Shown here in pieces: positions 47,785 to 56,356 of a stretch of DNA of 62,431 nucleotides. Each line of letters begins with the position of its first letter. Position 1 is the first letter of the stretch. The DNA is taken from IMG/VR virus record IMGVR_UViG_3300012933_000323, positions 1 to 62,431 of that record; one strand, given 5' to 3'. The DNA comes from a virus. Taxonomy: Duplodnaviria; Heunggongvirae; Uroviricota; Caudoviricetes. The translations under genes were made by a program, and so were the position numbers. The notes under the pieces were generated by a model. The model was given only the letters and a program-made list of their open reading frames with translations. It did no database searches and was not told the origin of the DNA.

Positions 47785-48663
47785 TTATTGAACAACGCTG
47801 AATTTGAACAACATTTCGTTGCCAGTTTCATGTAATGGGGAAGCCGCAATACCAAAACGATTGAAGATGAAGTAAGACATTTCGCCAGAATCTGGGTCTT
47901 GAGCTTCAACAACAGTTTCAACGTATGGTGAAAAAATTGCAGATGACTTGCTTGGGTTTCTAACATCTAGTAAACCAACGTATGCCATAGTGCTTGTTGC
48001 ATCAGGATTTAAAAAGAATTTGGTGTTGCCAATTTCTGAGATAAACAAACCTGACTCATCTTTATTCATACCACCAACATATGTGTTCAAAGCTGCGAAT
48101 GAAGCTGCATATGAATAAGGTAATACACAGAATGAATCATATGTACGTGTATTCTTTGTGTTAGCTCTTAGAATCAATTCATGAACGCGTTGACCAATCT
48201 CGAATGTGTTCAATTCGGCGTTCTGAGCGTTAGTTAAGTTCAACACCGGTTCAAGCTTAGACTCAGCTTCCAAGAATTCCAATGTACGTTCGTTTTCTTG
48301 TTCGTTGGCAAGACCACGTAGTAATGTGCCAATGACTTGGTTAGCATTAATACCGTATTGGTTTCTGATGTCCTGAATAACTTCTAATGTAAGGCCAGTC
48401 TTAATTGACTCGCTTGGGTACACTTCAAGATTATTTCTAACCAATTCGAAGTTATTTGTACCAGCTTTCTTTTTGATGTTAAAAACACCTGATGTTGGGC
48501 CAGAAGTTGGGATTACAGAAAAGATCAATCTACCAAGTGATGGTAATGATGTCTGCTGAAACATTTGTCCAGCGGAAAGATTCGAATCGGTAGATGCAAT
48601 CTCTGGGGCTTCTGAACCAGTTGTGTCTTCTACCATTGGATTCGTATAAACTAGTTTTTCCAT
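47785..48663 (-). CDS. capsid-fold protein (gp23/gp24-like paralogue)
   Basis: IFSVIPTSGPTSGVFNI resembles gp23 VQPM.GPTG.IF; SAIFSPY and RFGIA.SP resemble gp23 C-terminal motifs. Only 292 aa. Confidence 0.65.
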   Translation of the reverse strand: MEKLVYTNPMVEDTTGSEAPEIASTDSNLSAGQMFQQTSLPSLGRLIFSVIPTSGPTSGVFNIKKKAGTNNFELVRNNLEVYPSESIKTGLTLEVIQDIRNQYGINANQVIGTLLRGLANEQENERTLEFLEAESKLEPVLNLTNAQNAELNTFEIGQRVHELILRANTKNTRTYDSFCVLPYSYAASFAALNTYVGGMNKDESGLFISEIGNTKFFLNPDATSTMAYVGLLDVRNPSKSSAIFSPYVETVVEAQDPDSGEMSYFIFNRFGIAASPLHETGNEMLFKFSVVQ

Positions 48664-48694
48664 GGTTATTATCTTCCTTAAGTAATAGTTTTAT

Positions 48695-49381
48695 TTATTT
48701 ATATTCTACGTCACTATCACAATGCGTCTTGAAATCGCAATAATCACACAACTTACCTTTGTTTTTACACCAAACATCATCCGTTTCAACATTCGCGATG
48801 AGTTCAGTCAGTTGACTAATATAAGTATCTAAATATTTTCTTTCGAGAACTAACGCATTCTCCATATCAGTATGTTCAACATAAACATATGATATTTTGA
48901 TGGTATCAATAGCAGGATATCTTTGGAAGAAATAGATTCCATAGAACATTAGTTGGTCATATTCTTGCCACTTTGGTTCTTTGTATTTTCCTGACTTCCA
49001 GTCACATAAATGTAAAATGTTGTCAATCGTACAGATGAAGTCAACACTGCCTCTGAACAAGGCATTCTTATCACCGTATGATGTTGGCTCCAGTTCTGCA
49101 GTTAGACCAAAGTTAAACTCTCGTACGCTGTCAACAGTTAGATATTTTTCACCTAATGTGGTACGAATGAATTTATCAACAACGTGTTGATACTTTGGTG
49201 CTAGCTTATGCGTTGTTTCATTAGGATAATGCTCAATGATAGAATGAATGGCCCCGCCTTTCAGCAGAGCCGTCATATCAGTTTTATCCTTTGGAGCCTT
49301 ATCTATATAGCTATACTTAAACTTGCGAGGGCACTGTTTATGAGTACTTAAACGGCTAAATGAATAAGGCCTGAACTGCAT
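48695..49381 (-). CDS. Cas4/RecB-like PD-(D/E)XK nuclease with 4-Cys Fe-S motif
   Basis: YSFSRL...QCP; GGAIHSIIE; GSVD...DWKSGK; QLMFY; C-terminal CDYCDFKTHC. Confidence 0.85.
   Translation of the reverse strand: MQFRPYSFSRLSTHKQCPRKFKYSYIDKAPKDKTDMTALLKGGAIHSIIEHYPNETTHKLAPKYQHVVDKFIRTTLGEKYLTVDSVREFNFGLTAELEPTSYGDKNALFRGSVDFICTIDNILHLCDWKSGKYKEPKWQEYDQLMFYGIYFFQRYPAIDTIKISYVYVEHTDMENALVLERKYLDTYISQLTELIANVETDDVWCKNKGKLCDYCDFKTHCDSDVEYK
48696..48703 (-). promoter_or_regulatory. T4-type late promoter TATAAATA
   Basis: Exact match upstream of the capsid paralogue. Confidence 0.75.
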
Positions 49382-49382
49382 A

Positions 49383-49670
49383 TTATTTAGCGATCAGTGC
49401 GCCGATTTCGTTATCGATGTCAGCATTAGATTCCAACCATTCTTTGATTGTATCTTCTTCGAAGCGTTCAGAATCAGACTTCTTCTTCTCTGCTTTAATC
49501 TTATTAATGACTGAAGCAACGATGCCGACCGGAACGCCTTCTTCTTTGAATTCTTCTTTGAGCGCCTTGATGTCTTGATCAAGTGCTTTCTTTTGCATCT
49601 GCAAATTAATAAAGCGTTTAGTAAACTCTTCGATATTTGTGCGAGCTTCTTCAGATGTTCTAATTTCCAT
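49383..49670 (-). CDS. dsbA: dsDNA-binding protein, T4 DsbA / GapR (DUF2312)-like
   Basis: Helical 95-aa protein: I..L...KKAL.QDIK.LKEE.KEEG. Confidence 0.6.
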   Translation of the reverse strand: MEIRTSEEARTNIEEFTKRFINLQMQKKALDQDIKALKEEFKEEGVPVGIVASVINKIKAEKKKSDSERFEEDTIKEWLESNADIDNEIGALIAK

Positions 49671-50155
49671 TACTTCTCTCCTAGTTCGTTTAATTCAGTT
49701 TTTACATAATCCACATATGAATTATATTGATTGTAGTCATTACAATTTACATAAACAAATTCAGAGGTAATCTTTTCTTTACCATCAAAATCTGTAAAAG
49801 TAATTGGGTGACTTAAGTTAAAGATTACTCTGTATTTTTTGTCAGCAAACTTTACAGAACTAATCTCATTCTTGTTAATAAATCCATTACCAGCCGTCTG
49901 CTTAATAAAAGCACCGGTGAAATACTTCATATCCTGAAGTACTTTAAGATTCTTCATCATTTCATCATAACTATTGGAATCCCAATAGACATAATCACTA
50001 ATGAATTTGTTCTTTTCTTTTCTATTTACTTTATCAAAATACGTGATCTCGATATTGTAATTCATGTTAAAAATAATACGGCTACTGTCTTTAAGAATAT
50101 TGATATTTGAAACATTCTGTAAGTTAATAATCCGGTCGTTTGTTTGTAAAAACAA
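49670..50155 (-). CDS. hypothetical protein with internal tandem duplication
   Basis: Two halves (IN..NVS.I...RIIFN..Y.I / IN..EISSV...RVIFN..HPI); TTG start at 50155 after AAGGAGAAGG. Confidence 0.65.
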   Translation of the reverse strand: MFLQTNDRIINLQNVSNINILKDSSRIIFNMNYNIEITYFDKVNRKEKNKFISDYVYWDSNSYDEMMKNLKVLQDMKYFTGAFIKQTAGNGFINKNEISSVKFADKKYRVIFNLSHPITFTDFDGKEKITSEFVYVNCNDYNQYNSYVDYVKTELNELGEK

Positions 50156-50174
50156 GTCCTTCTCCTTGATGATA

Positions 50175-50196
50175 ATTATAACCAATATTTATTTAA
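50175..50196 (-). promoter_or_regulatory. promoter TTAA-N12-TATAAT
   Basis: TTAAATAAATATTGGTTATAAT. Confidence 0.6.
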
Positions 50197-51195
50197 TTAA
50201 AGTTTGGCTTTTAACCGTACCTCGGCAGCAATACCAGTGAAAAGATTGTTCTGTATCATTAATGTTACATCTAAGTCAGAATGATTCATTAATAGATCAT
50301 TCATATCTTTTTCTTTGTACTTATCAGGTTGAATAAAAACCTGATAGCCTCGGCGGGCATATTCAATACTATTTATTATGCCGGTCTTATCATTATCCAA
50401 CACGAAAACTGGATACTTGAGTTCCTTCAAACGATCTTCTGGCATCTTTGCACCCATCAAAGCAATAGAGTTTGGCAAACCACCAGAGATAGCATCAAAG
50501 ATACCTTCATAGATGAAAGTAGGTTGATCCTTCTTTATGTTAAACCAATTCCATAACTTATAGCCGATGTTTGCATCATGCATATACGTGAAGAATGTTT
50601 TATCATGAATGTTACGTGAATAAAATCCGTACATCTGCCCATTGTAATATAACGGGATGACTAACGCATTGGTAATCTTATAAAGAGTTTCACCGATCTT
50701 TAGATCTTGATACCCAAAATACCACTTACCAAATCTTGATTCTTTGTACACATAACCACGACCTTGAAGATATTCTAAAGCTTGGTCCACTTCAGAAATA
50801 TCTTTAAGGTATGGCGTTAGATCATGAACGAGTACTTCGCTTTCCTTCTTTACTTCTTCTTTCTTGAATCGGCCAAACACATCCTCAATCTCTCCTCGGG
50901 CCAGTTTCTCAACTGTTGTACCGAATTGTTCCTTCTTGTATTGACCAATTAACGCAGGGAAAAAATCCCTCAAAAAACTGTACATCGTCTTGTTATGAAC
51001 AGGACAATCACCGTTAAAGCAGTTGACATTAGTTACGCTATTCTTTACGTATAAATGGAGCCTCTTTTTGCTCTTGTGAGAGCGCGAATCTCCGCATACT
51101 GGACAACGTGCCGTAATGTCAACTTCATTTTCTCTACCGATGCTATCAAATCCAACAGCAAGCTTGAAGTATTTAACATCAAGTCTGTCTAACAT
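50197..51195 (-). CDS. gp61: DNA primase
   Basis: CPVCGDS...CFNGDC zinc finger; YLQGRG; TOPRIM YEGIFDA and LDND..G, KDMND. Confidence 0.9.
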   Translation of the reverse strand: MLDRLDVKYFKLAVGFDSIGRENEVDITARCPVCGDSRSHKSKKRLHLYVKNSVTNVNCFNGDCPVHNKTMYSFLRDFFPALIGQYKKEQFGTTVEKLARGEIEDVFGRFKKEEVKKESEVLVHDLTPYLKDISEVDQALEYLQGRGYVYKESRFGKWYFGYQDLKIGETLYKITNALVIPLYYNGQMYGFYSRNIHDKTFFTYMHDANIGYKLWNWFNIKKDQPTFIYEGIFDAISGGLPNSIALMGAKMPEDRLKELKYPVFVLDNDKTGIINSIEYARRGYQVFIQPDKYKEKDMNDLLMNHSDLDVTLMIQNNLFTGIAAEVRLKAKL

Positions 51196-51215
51196 CTTCT
51201 ATCCTTCTCTTAAAC

Positions 51216-52319
51216 TTACCAACCGAAATCGTCAGCAGTAAGCTCTCTTTGAATCTTAAAATGATTGGGCAATTCCATCAAAATAGATTTTAACTCGTTA
51301 TCAATTAAATACTGTTCAAACGATTTATCATTGTATGAACATGGTGCTTCTTTGTAACGAACAATGATTTCATTCCAAATGTTAGGAGGAATACCTTCTT
51401 CCATAACAAGTTTGAAATTTCGTTCATAGTGTGGTCTATATAATGGGTGACTATCCAACCACTTATCTAAAGAACCGAACTTTTCAATTTCCTTCTCTAA
51501 TGTACTTGGGCCAAAGCGAATATCTTTATAGATATCTTTAACACCCGTGCTTTCCTTCTTACGGTTTAGCTTGTACACATCAAAGTCAACGAGTAGTTTG
51601 GTCTTTTCTTCCTTACTAATGTTAGCTTCTTTAAATTCAATTGGGTCCTTGATGTTGTAACCAGCATTGGTTAGGTAATCCAAAAAGGATTTACTAAACT
51701 CAGTATGGTCAACAACCTTAGGTACCTCATCACCTGGATCACCCAAGACAACGTGTTCCATAATCCAATGGTTCATGTGAGCATGTTTGTTTTCTGGCAC
51801 AATCCACTTTTTAGTAAGTGCGCTGTATTGGAAAACACTATCATTATCACGTTGAGCCTGAATCATATCTTTGTCTGGGCTATGGATAAGAATCTTTTCA
51901 TACTTGTTATATTCTCTTGCAAGAACTAACATAATATCGTCGGCCTCAGCCTTAGGTACTTCAATAACTTTCCAAGGAAGGTTATTTTTAATTTGATTGA
52001 TGAGACCATCAATCTCTTGAAATACTTCGCCAAAATCGATTTCGGATTCTTCACGACCTTTTTTACGACTAGCTTTGTAGCCAGGGTAAACGTCTTTTCT
52101 CCAATATCCATCCGATGATTTGTCTAAACAAATTACCATATCTCCGAAGTTAGGACCATGTTCCTGTTTAATAGAGAACAGGTCCTGGAGAATGTAATAT
52201 TTGGTTAAACCAATGAAATCTGAAGTGATGTACTTGCCATCTTTCTTTTTAGGTTTGCTGTTTTCAACAGAAGTATGAATCTTCCGATGAATGATAGAAC
52301 TAAAATCAATCAGAATCAT
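51216..52319 (-). CDS. rnh: RNase H / 5'-3' exonuclease (FEN-like)
   Basis: ILIDFS; WRKDVYPGYKASR; EADD; SPDKDMIQ; GDPGDEVP. Confidence 0.92.
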   Translation of the reverse strand: MILIDFSSIIHRKIHTSVENSKPKKKDGKYITSDFIGLTKYYILQDLFSIKQEHGPNFGDMVICLDKSSDGYWRKDVYPGYKASRKKGREESEIDFGEVFQEIDGLINQIKNNLPWKVIEVPKAEADDIMLVLAREYNKYEKILIHSPDKDMIQAQRDNDSVFQYSALTKKWIVPENKHAHMNHWIMEHVVLGDPGDEVPKVVDHTEFSKSFLDYLTNAGYNIKDPIEFKEANISKEEKTKLLVDFDVYKLNRKKESTGVKDIYKDIRFGPSTLEKEIEKFGSLDKWLDSHPLYRPHYERNFKLVMEEGIPPNIWNEIIVRYKEAPCSYNDKSFEQYLIDNELKSILMELPNHFKIQRELTADDFGW

Positions 52320-52332
52320 TACTTAACCTCCT

Positions 52333-52354
52333 GTATAAGGGTTTCCCCTTATAC
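52333..52354 (-). other. 9-bp hairpin with GAAA loop at the gp32 stop, directly before the rnh RBS
   Basis: GTATAAGGG-GAAA-CCCTTATAC then AGGAGG; no U-tract, so more likely a stability/processing element than a terminator. Confidence 0.55.
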
Positions 52355-53281
52355 TAATCCGTTAAGCAAATCATCCAAGCTGTTAGAAGCAGGTTTGGCT
52401 TGTGCAACGGCAACCGGTTGTGTTTGAACTGGAGCTGTAGCAATTGATGCAACGGCTGGTTGTACTTCAACAACTGGTGCAGTAGCAACAGCGGCTTCTG
52501 CTGTCAAACCACCGGTAGGTGTTACTGTCTCAACGTCTGCGAAGGTTACCCAACGTAGTTTGTCTTGAAGTTTGTTGTAAGGCATGAATGACTCAGGCTT
52601 GATTAAATCTGAAAGCTTGTGAGTGTTGTTCTTGATATCGTTCAACGCGTCATCAACAGAATTGTAGATTGAAGTAACTTCAGTTACAACTTCAGATGAG
52701 TCATAGTTGATTTGACCATTGGCACCCTTCTTAGCAACTAATCGGAATGAGTTACCTGCAAGTGGGTTGAACAATTGCTTAGGTTGTGCACCTAGTGAAC
52801 GGTCTTGTTCTGATGGGTCAACTGCGTTTTGGACTTTATCCTTCATTGCACCAGACATTTCATAAAGGAAAATTTTACCTTCATTAGCTGGGTTAGCCGG
52901 ATCTTTTAGAACTTTGATGTTGGCGATGTATTTAATACCGCGACCGAATAGCTTTGCGCCATCCTTATCGCCGGCATTCCATAGCTTTTGCCATTCTTCT
53001 TGGAATGGGCATGGTTGGCCAATAGATGATGGTGAGAACTCAGAAACGAAACGCTTCTTGCCGTTCTTAGTGATGGTTGTATTTACTTTGAAAAGTTTTT
53101 GGATCATACCCTTTTCAGAGTCTGGGAGGAAACGAATTAGAGCGGCACCATTACCGTTCTTGTCCTTGCCCAATTTGTAGAAGCGGTTATCCTCAGCATA
53201 CTTGTTAGTTTCCTGAGCAAATGGGTCAATACCCACGGCTTCTTTCATTGCGTCAAAATTGAATGCACTTGCGTCGATCAT
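52349..53281 (-). CDS. gp32: single-stranded DNA-binding protein
   Basis: D.RFYKL..DK.GNG.A.IRFLP; ANIKVLKDPANPANEGKIFLY; SLDDLL tail. Confidence 0.92.
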   Translation of the reverse strand: MIDASAFNFDAMKEAVGIDPFAQETNKYAEDNRFYKLGKDKNGNGAALIRFLPDSEKGMIQKLFKVNTTITKNGKKRFVSEFSPSSIGQPCPFQEEWQKLWNAGDKDGAKLFGRGIKYIANIKVLKDPANPANEGKIFLYEMSGAMKDKVQNAVDPSEQDRSLGAQPKQLFNPLAGNSFRLVAKKGANGQINYDSSEVVTEVTSIYNSVDDALNDIKNNTHKLSDLIKPESFMPYNKLQDKLRWVTFADVETVTPTGGLTAEAAVATAPVVEVQPAVASIATAPVQTQPVAVAQAKPASNSLDDLLNGLV

Positions 53282-53343
53282 ATTATTCTCCTTAATTTAC
53301 GTCGATTGTCAATAGTTTATCGTCATTCGCGGACCATTCGAAA

Positions 53344-53381
53344 TTATAATCGGTATGTTATTAAAAATCAACCGATTATAA
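53344..53381 (-). promoter_or_regulatory. 11-bp inverted repeat in the gp32 leader
   Basis: TTATAATCGGT-N16-ACCGATTATAA, immediately downstream of the late promoter. Confidence 0.6.
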
Positions 53382-53384
53382 ACT

Positions 53385-53392
53385 TATTTATA
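53385..53392 (-). promoter_or_regulatory. T4-type late promoter TATAAATA
   Basis: Exact match upstream of the gp32 leader. Confidence 0.65.
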
Positions 53393-53681
53393 TTAGATGT
53401 TCGGCAAATTTATCGTAAAATACATCTTTGCCAAAATAAATTTCAACTTTTTTCAATGTTGATGGCGATCCTTCAGATAATTCACCAGTGAAATAGAATC
53501 CTAATCTGCTGTTGGATCTTACAAACGATGAATTATTAATGAACTTTGCCCAAGCTTTATTTCTCTTTGTCATAACCGGCTTATACTGTTGGCCAGTTTG
53601 CAGGTCAATGACAGTCGGTTGGATGCGCCCATTATAACCACCGGACCAATAAATTTCGCCGGTGTACTCAAAGTATCTCAT
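53388..53681 (-). CDS. hypothetical protein ending FYDKFAEHLI
   Basis: 97-aa ORF; degenerate member of the C-terminal-motif set. Confidence 0.65.
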   Translation of the reverse strand: MRYFEYTGEIYWSGGYNGRIQPTVIDLQTGQQYKPVMTKRNKAWAKFINNSSFVRSNSRLGFYFTGELSEGSPSTLKKVEIYFGKDVFYDKFAEHLI

Positions 53682-53688
53682 TACGAGA

Positions 53689-54393
53689 TTAAACCTTAAC
53701 AGACATCAAGATTTTGAAGCCTTCCAATGATTTATTCGTCATCAAAATACGATACGAATCTCGTGAAGAATTATACTTTACATCAACTGTGTATGATGAT
53801 GCTGGCAACATTTTAAAGTTATCAACAGGAATTTTAATTTCAAATTCTTTGGATGTATTTGCTTGTTTAGTTACACTGAATGTGTTAGACTTAGCATTGA
53901 ACTTATTTGTCGCGCCAAGACTGATTTTCATATCACCATCTTGTGACTTAAAAATAACTTCTGACAAATCTTTGAACACACCAGTCGCTGACTTTAGACT
54001 TTTAATATCTTCTAAGGAGATTTCAAAAGTAGCTACGGATGGTACACCTTCAGTCTTGGTAAATTGTTCAGGTTCTTTGTTGTATGCGTCCATCAAAGCG
54101 ATGTTATCCATGATGTATGAAGAGCTTGTACTACCTGATGCAATATCAATAGTGTTGCCTTCAATCTGAACAGAACGATCTTCTGGGAATAGCTTAAACA
54201 AAGCTAAGAAATCAGAAAGAGAATCCTTAAGACCAATTTCTGGGAATGGTGTATTATCTAACTTAGAGATATCAACCAAAAGCATCAGATCTTGAGATTC
54301 TGATACCGCAACCGTTTGCGGGAATTTTAAAATAACAGAGTTGGTTACACCGTTAACTTGTTGTAGTACTTCAATTACATTCTTATTAAACAT
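53689..54393 (-). CDS. gp45: sliding clamp
   Basis: MFNKNVIEVLQQV..VTNSVIL...L.DFL.LF aligns with the gp45 N-terminus; IPVDNFKMLP..Y.V C-terminus. Start reassigned to 54393. Confidence 0.8.
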   Translation of the reverse strand: MFNKNVIEVLQQVNGVTNSVILKFPQTVAVSESQDLMLLVDISKLDNTPFPEIGLKDSLSDFLALFKLFPEDRSVQIEGNTIDIASGSTSSSYIMDNIALMDAYNKEPEQFTKTEGVPSVATFEISLEDIKSLKSATGVFKDLSEVIFKSQDGDMKISLGATNKFNAKSNTFSVTKQANTSKEFEIKIPVDNFKMLPASSYTVDVKYNSSRDSYRILMTNKSLEGFKILMSVKV

Positions 54394-54415
54394 ATCTATC
54401 CTTTCATTTATAATC

Positions 54416-54437
54416 ATTATATCACTAGAGCAATTAA
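54416..54437 (-). promoter_or_regulatory. promoter TTAA-N12-TATAAT
   Basis: TTAATTGCTCTAGTGATATAAT upstream of gp45. Confidence 0.65.
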
Positions 54438-54697
54438 ATAATGTACTCAGGGTGATCTTTCTTCAACCGCTCAATGTATTGTTTAAAATATTTTGAACTC
54501 TTATAATTGTCCAATGGCTTACCTGCTTGCAAATCTAGTACTAGCTTATCATACATAGCGTCTAGTTTATTTGAATAAAGTTTGTACTGTGATGAATCAA
54601 AAATGTCACCCGCTGTTATAAGCTGACCGTCAGCCAACTCATAAACAGGAATGACATTTTTGCCAAGCAGAATATACTTTTCTCTTGACTTGCGCAT
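54434..54697 (-). CDS. hypothetical protein ending LKKDHPEYII
   Basis: 87-aa ORF right after the ParM-like gene; member of the C-terminal-motif set. Confidence 0.7.
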   Translation of the reverse strand: MRKSREKYILLGKNVIPVYELADGQLITAGDIFDSSQYKLYSNKLDAMYDKLVLDLQAGKPLDNYKSSKYFKQYIERLKKDHPEYII

Positions 54698-54703
54698 TAC
54701 GAC

Positions 54704-55660
54704 TTAAGCTTTAGTATTACCAAACAAGAAGAAGCCGATTGAGTTATAGTACTCATGCTTAGTCTTTGGGATACGAATGAAACCATCATCAGTGCTCTTG
54801 AAGATAGTTGAACCACCACCACTTAGACTAATGAAGTCGCACTTATCAAGAATCTTACCGTACTTTGTTTCAATCAAAGTTAGCAAATCTTTCAAATATG
54901 ATTTCTTAACTTCGTCAATGTAAGGTTTGAACTCGTGTTTAGTACCACGAAGTTTGTAAATGCCAGTGTCAATGATTTCTTTTGCTTCGTGCAATGTAAT
55001 CTGACGGCCATGAAGTTCTTTAACTTTCTTGGCCACCAATGTTGCAATCTTCATAACGCCTTCACGCTCAATACCTTCAAACAAGTTCGGTGATGTCTTA
55101 CCATCTGTAACCAAGAACATATCCAATGTATTGAAACCGATATCACAACCCACAAATGAAGTGCTACCAGTGAATTCTTGTTGTAAGTTAGGGAAGTTAT
55201 TACCGTATTTGTCAATACATAGCTTTGAGCCAGCACCCTGTGGAAGGATGTAAACTTCTTCGAAGTTGAACTGTTCACCGCTAACGGTAAAGTTCATTAA
55301 ACCTTCTTTAAAGTGTCCTGAGTTTTCAATTTGAGCTTTGGACAAACCTGAAACAATAATGTCTGGTTTGAAACCAATTAGTTTAATTACATGATACAAG
55401 AATAGCGGAGCGTAATATTCCAAGTTCTTGTAGTCAGTAATATCAATCAAGTTTTCTGATGGTAAATGCAAGGCATTCTCACCAACATAATAACTGTGTT
55501 CACGGAAATCATAAATGCGTGAATCTTGTACATATTCATTACGCTTTGTGATACCGATTGTTGAAGTAAATTTAAATTGTTTGTCGACTTGACCTTCAGA
55601 TGTACCAACAGTAACCTTCACATCGCCGAAACCAATATCAATACCTAAAATAGTTTTCAT
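54704..55660 (-). CDS. ParM/StbA-family actin-like ATPase
   Basis: Phosphate-1 GIDIGFGDVK, connect LPQGAG, phosphate-2 CDIGFNTLD, adenosine LSGGGS, NSIGF. Confidence 0.88.
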   Translation of the reverse strand: MKTILGIDIGFGDVKVTVGTSEGQVDKQFKFTSTIGITKRNEYVQDSRIYDFREHSYYVGENALHLPSENLIDITDYKNLEYYAPLFLYHVIKLIGFKPDIIVSGLSKAQIENSGHFKEGLMNFTVSGEQFNFEEVYILPQGAGSKLCIDKYGNNFPNLQQEFTGSTSFVGCDIGFNTLDMFLVTDGKTSPNLFEGIEREGVMKIATLVAKKVKELHGRQITLHEAKEIIDTGIYKLRGTKHEFKPYIDEVKKSYLKDLLTLIETKYGKILDKCDFISLSGGGSTIFKSTDDGFIRIPKTKHEYYNSIGFFLFGNTKA

Positions 55661-55684
55661 AATCTTTCCTTTTCGAATTTTTCT

Positions 55685-55706
55685 ATAATAACACTAACTT
55701 ATTTAA
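55685..55706 (-). promoter_or_regulatory. promoter TTAA-N12-TATTAT (variant -10)
   Basis: TTAAATAAGTTAGTGTTATTAT upstream of the ParM-like gene. Confidence 0.55.
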
Positions 55707-55713
55707 TTTTTTA

Positions 55714-56013
55714 TCAGATGTCCAGATTTTGTAGCTCTGATGCTACTTTTACTGGCCTTGAGGCTGTATTTATCTCCGGAAGTTGAATTACTTCCTGTGA
55801 TACATTTCCAAAGTCAGTATCCAAGTCTAAAAATTCTTCTTTTCTTACTGCTTGTTTCTGTTCTTGCGGCTTTGTCTCTCGAGGTTCTCTAGGAACTCTT
55901 GGCGGGCTAACCACATTAGGACTGCTGTTGCTAGTAACAACGCTAGACCCGTCAGCAAAGGTAATATGTAATTCATTGATGTCCTTGGTGCATTCAATAT
56001 TTAGCTTGAACAT
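55714..56013 (-). CDS. hypothetical protein; short beta-rich N-terminus + disordered tail
   Basis: LHITFADGSSVVTSNSSP; related to the neighbouring ORF. Confidence 0.7.
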   Translation of the reverse strand: MFKLNIECTKDINELHITFADGSSVVTSNSSPNVVSPPRVPREPRETKPQEQKQAVRKEEFLDLDTDFGNVSQEVIQLPEINTASRPVKVASELQNLDI

Positions 56014-56312
56014 TAGAACTCCTGATTAGTCATTTCAGGTGGAATGTCCTTGTGTTCACGCGGTGTAACTATTGGCACATTTGCACTTGCATCACATGTT
56101 ACCGTCCAAGGTGGCGCCGTAATATCAACAGGTGTTGTTGGCGTTGGCATAAACGGTTGAGGAACAATCGGACCGTACACTGGTGATGGTTGGATTGGAC
56201 TATACGATGGTGAACTCTTAATAATTGGAGATCCATCTTCCTCGAATGTAATGTCGAATGTAATATGCTTTAACTTCCTATCGCTAGGAATGTCTTTAAT
56301 TTCTATAATCAT
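56013..56312 (-). CDS. hypothetical Pro-rich protein, apparent paralogue of 55714-56013
   Basis: HITFDITFEEDGSPIIKSSPS then a Pro-rich tail. Confidence 0.7.
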   Translation of the reverse strand: MIIEIKDIPSDRKLKHITFDITFEEDGSPIIKSSPSYSPIQPSPVYGPIVPQPFMPTPTTPVDITAPPWTVTCDASANVPIVTPREHKDIPPEMTNQEF

Positions 56313-56328
56313 AATCTATCCTTCAAAT

Positions 56329-56353
56329 TACAAGGGAGATGAACTCCCCTGTA
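56329..56353 (-). other. stem-loop after phoH
   Basis: TACAGGGGAG-TTCAT-CTCCCTTGTA (one G-U pair); weak U-tract. Confidence 0.45.
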
Positions 56354-56356
56354 TTT

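Noticed and set aside
48695-49381. CRISPR-Cas locus around the Cas4-like gene
   Set aside because: No repeat-spacer array and no other cas genes were seen.
52333-52354. Hairpin after gp32 as a terminator
   Set aside because: It is followed directly by the AGGAGG RBS of rnh rather than a U-tract; kept only as an unspecified stem-loop.
55661-56356. parC-like centromere iterons near the ParM-like gene
   Set aside because: The flanking gaps are short and show only a promoter and one hairpin; no direct-repeat array was visible.
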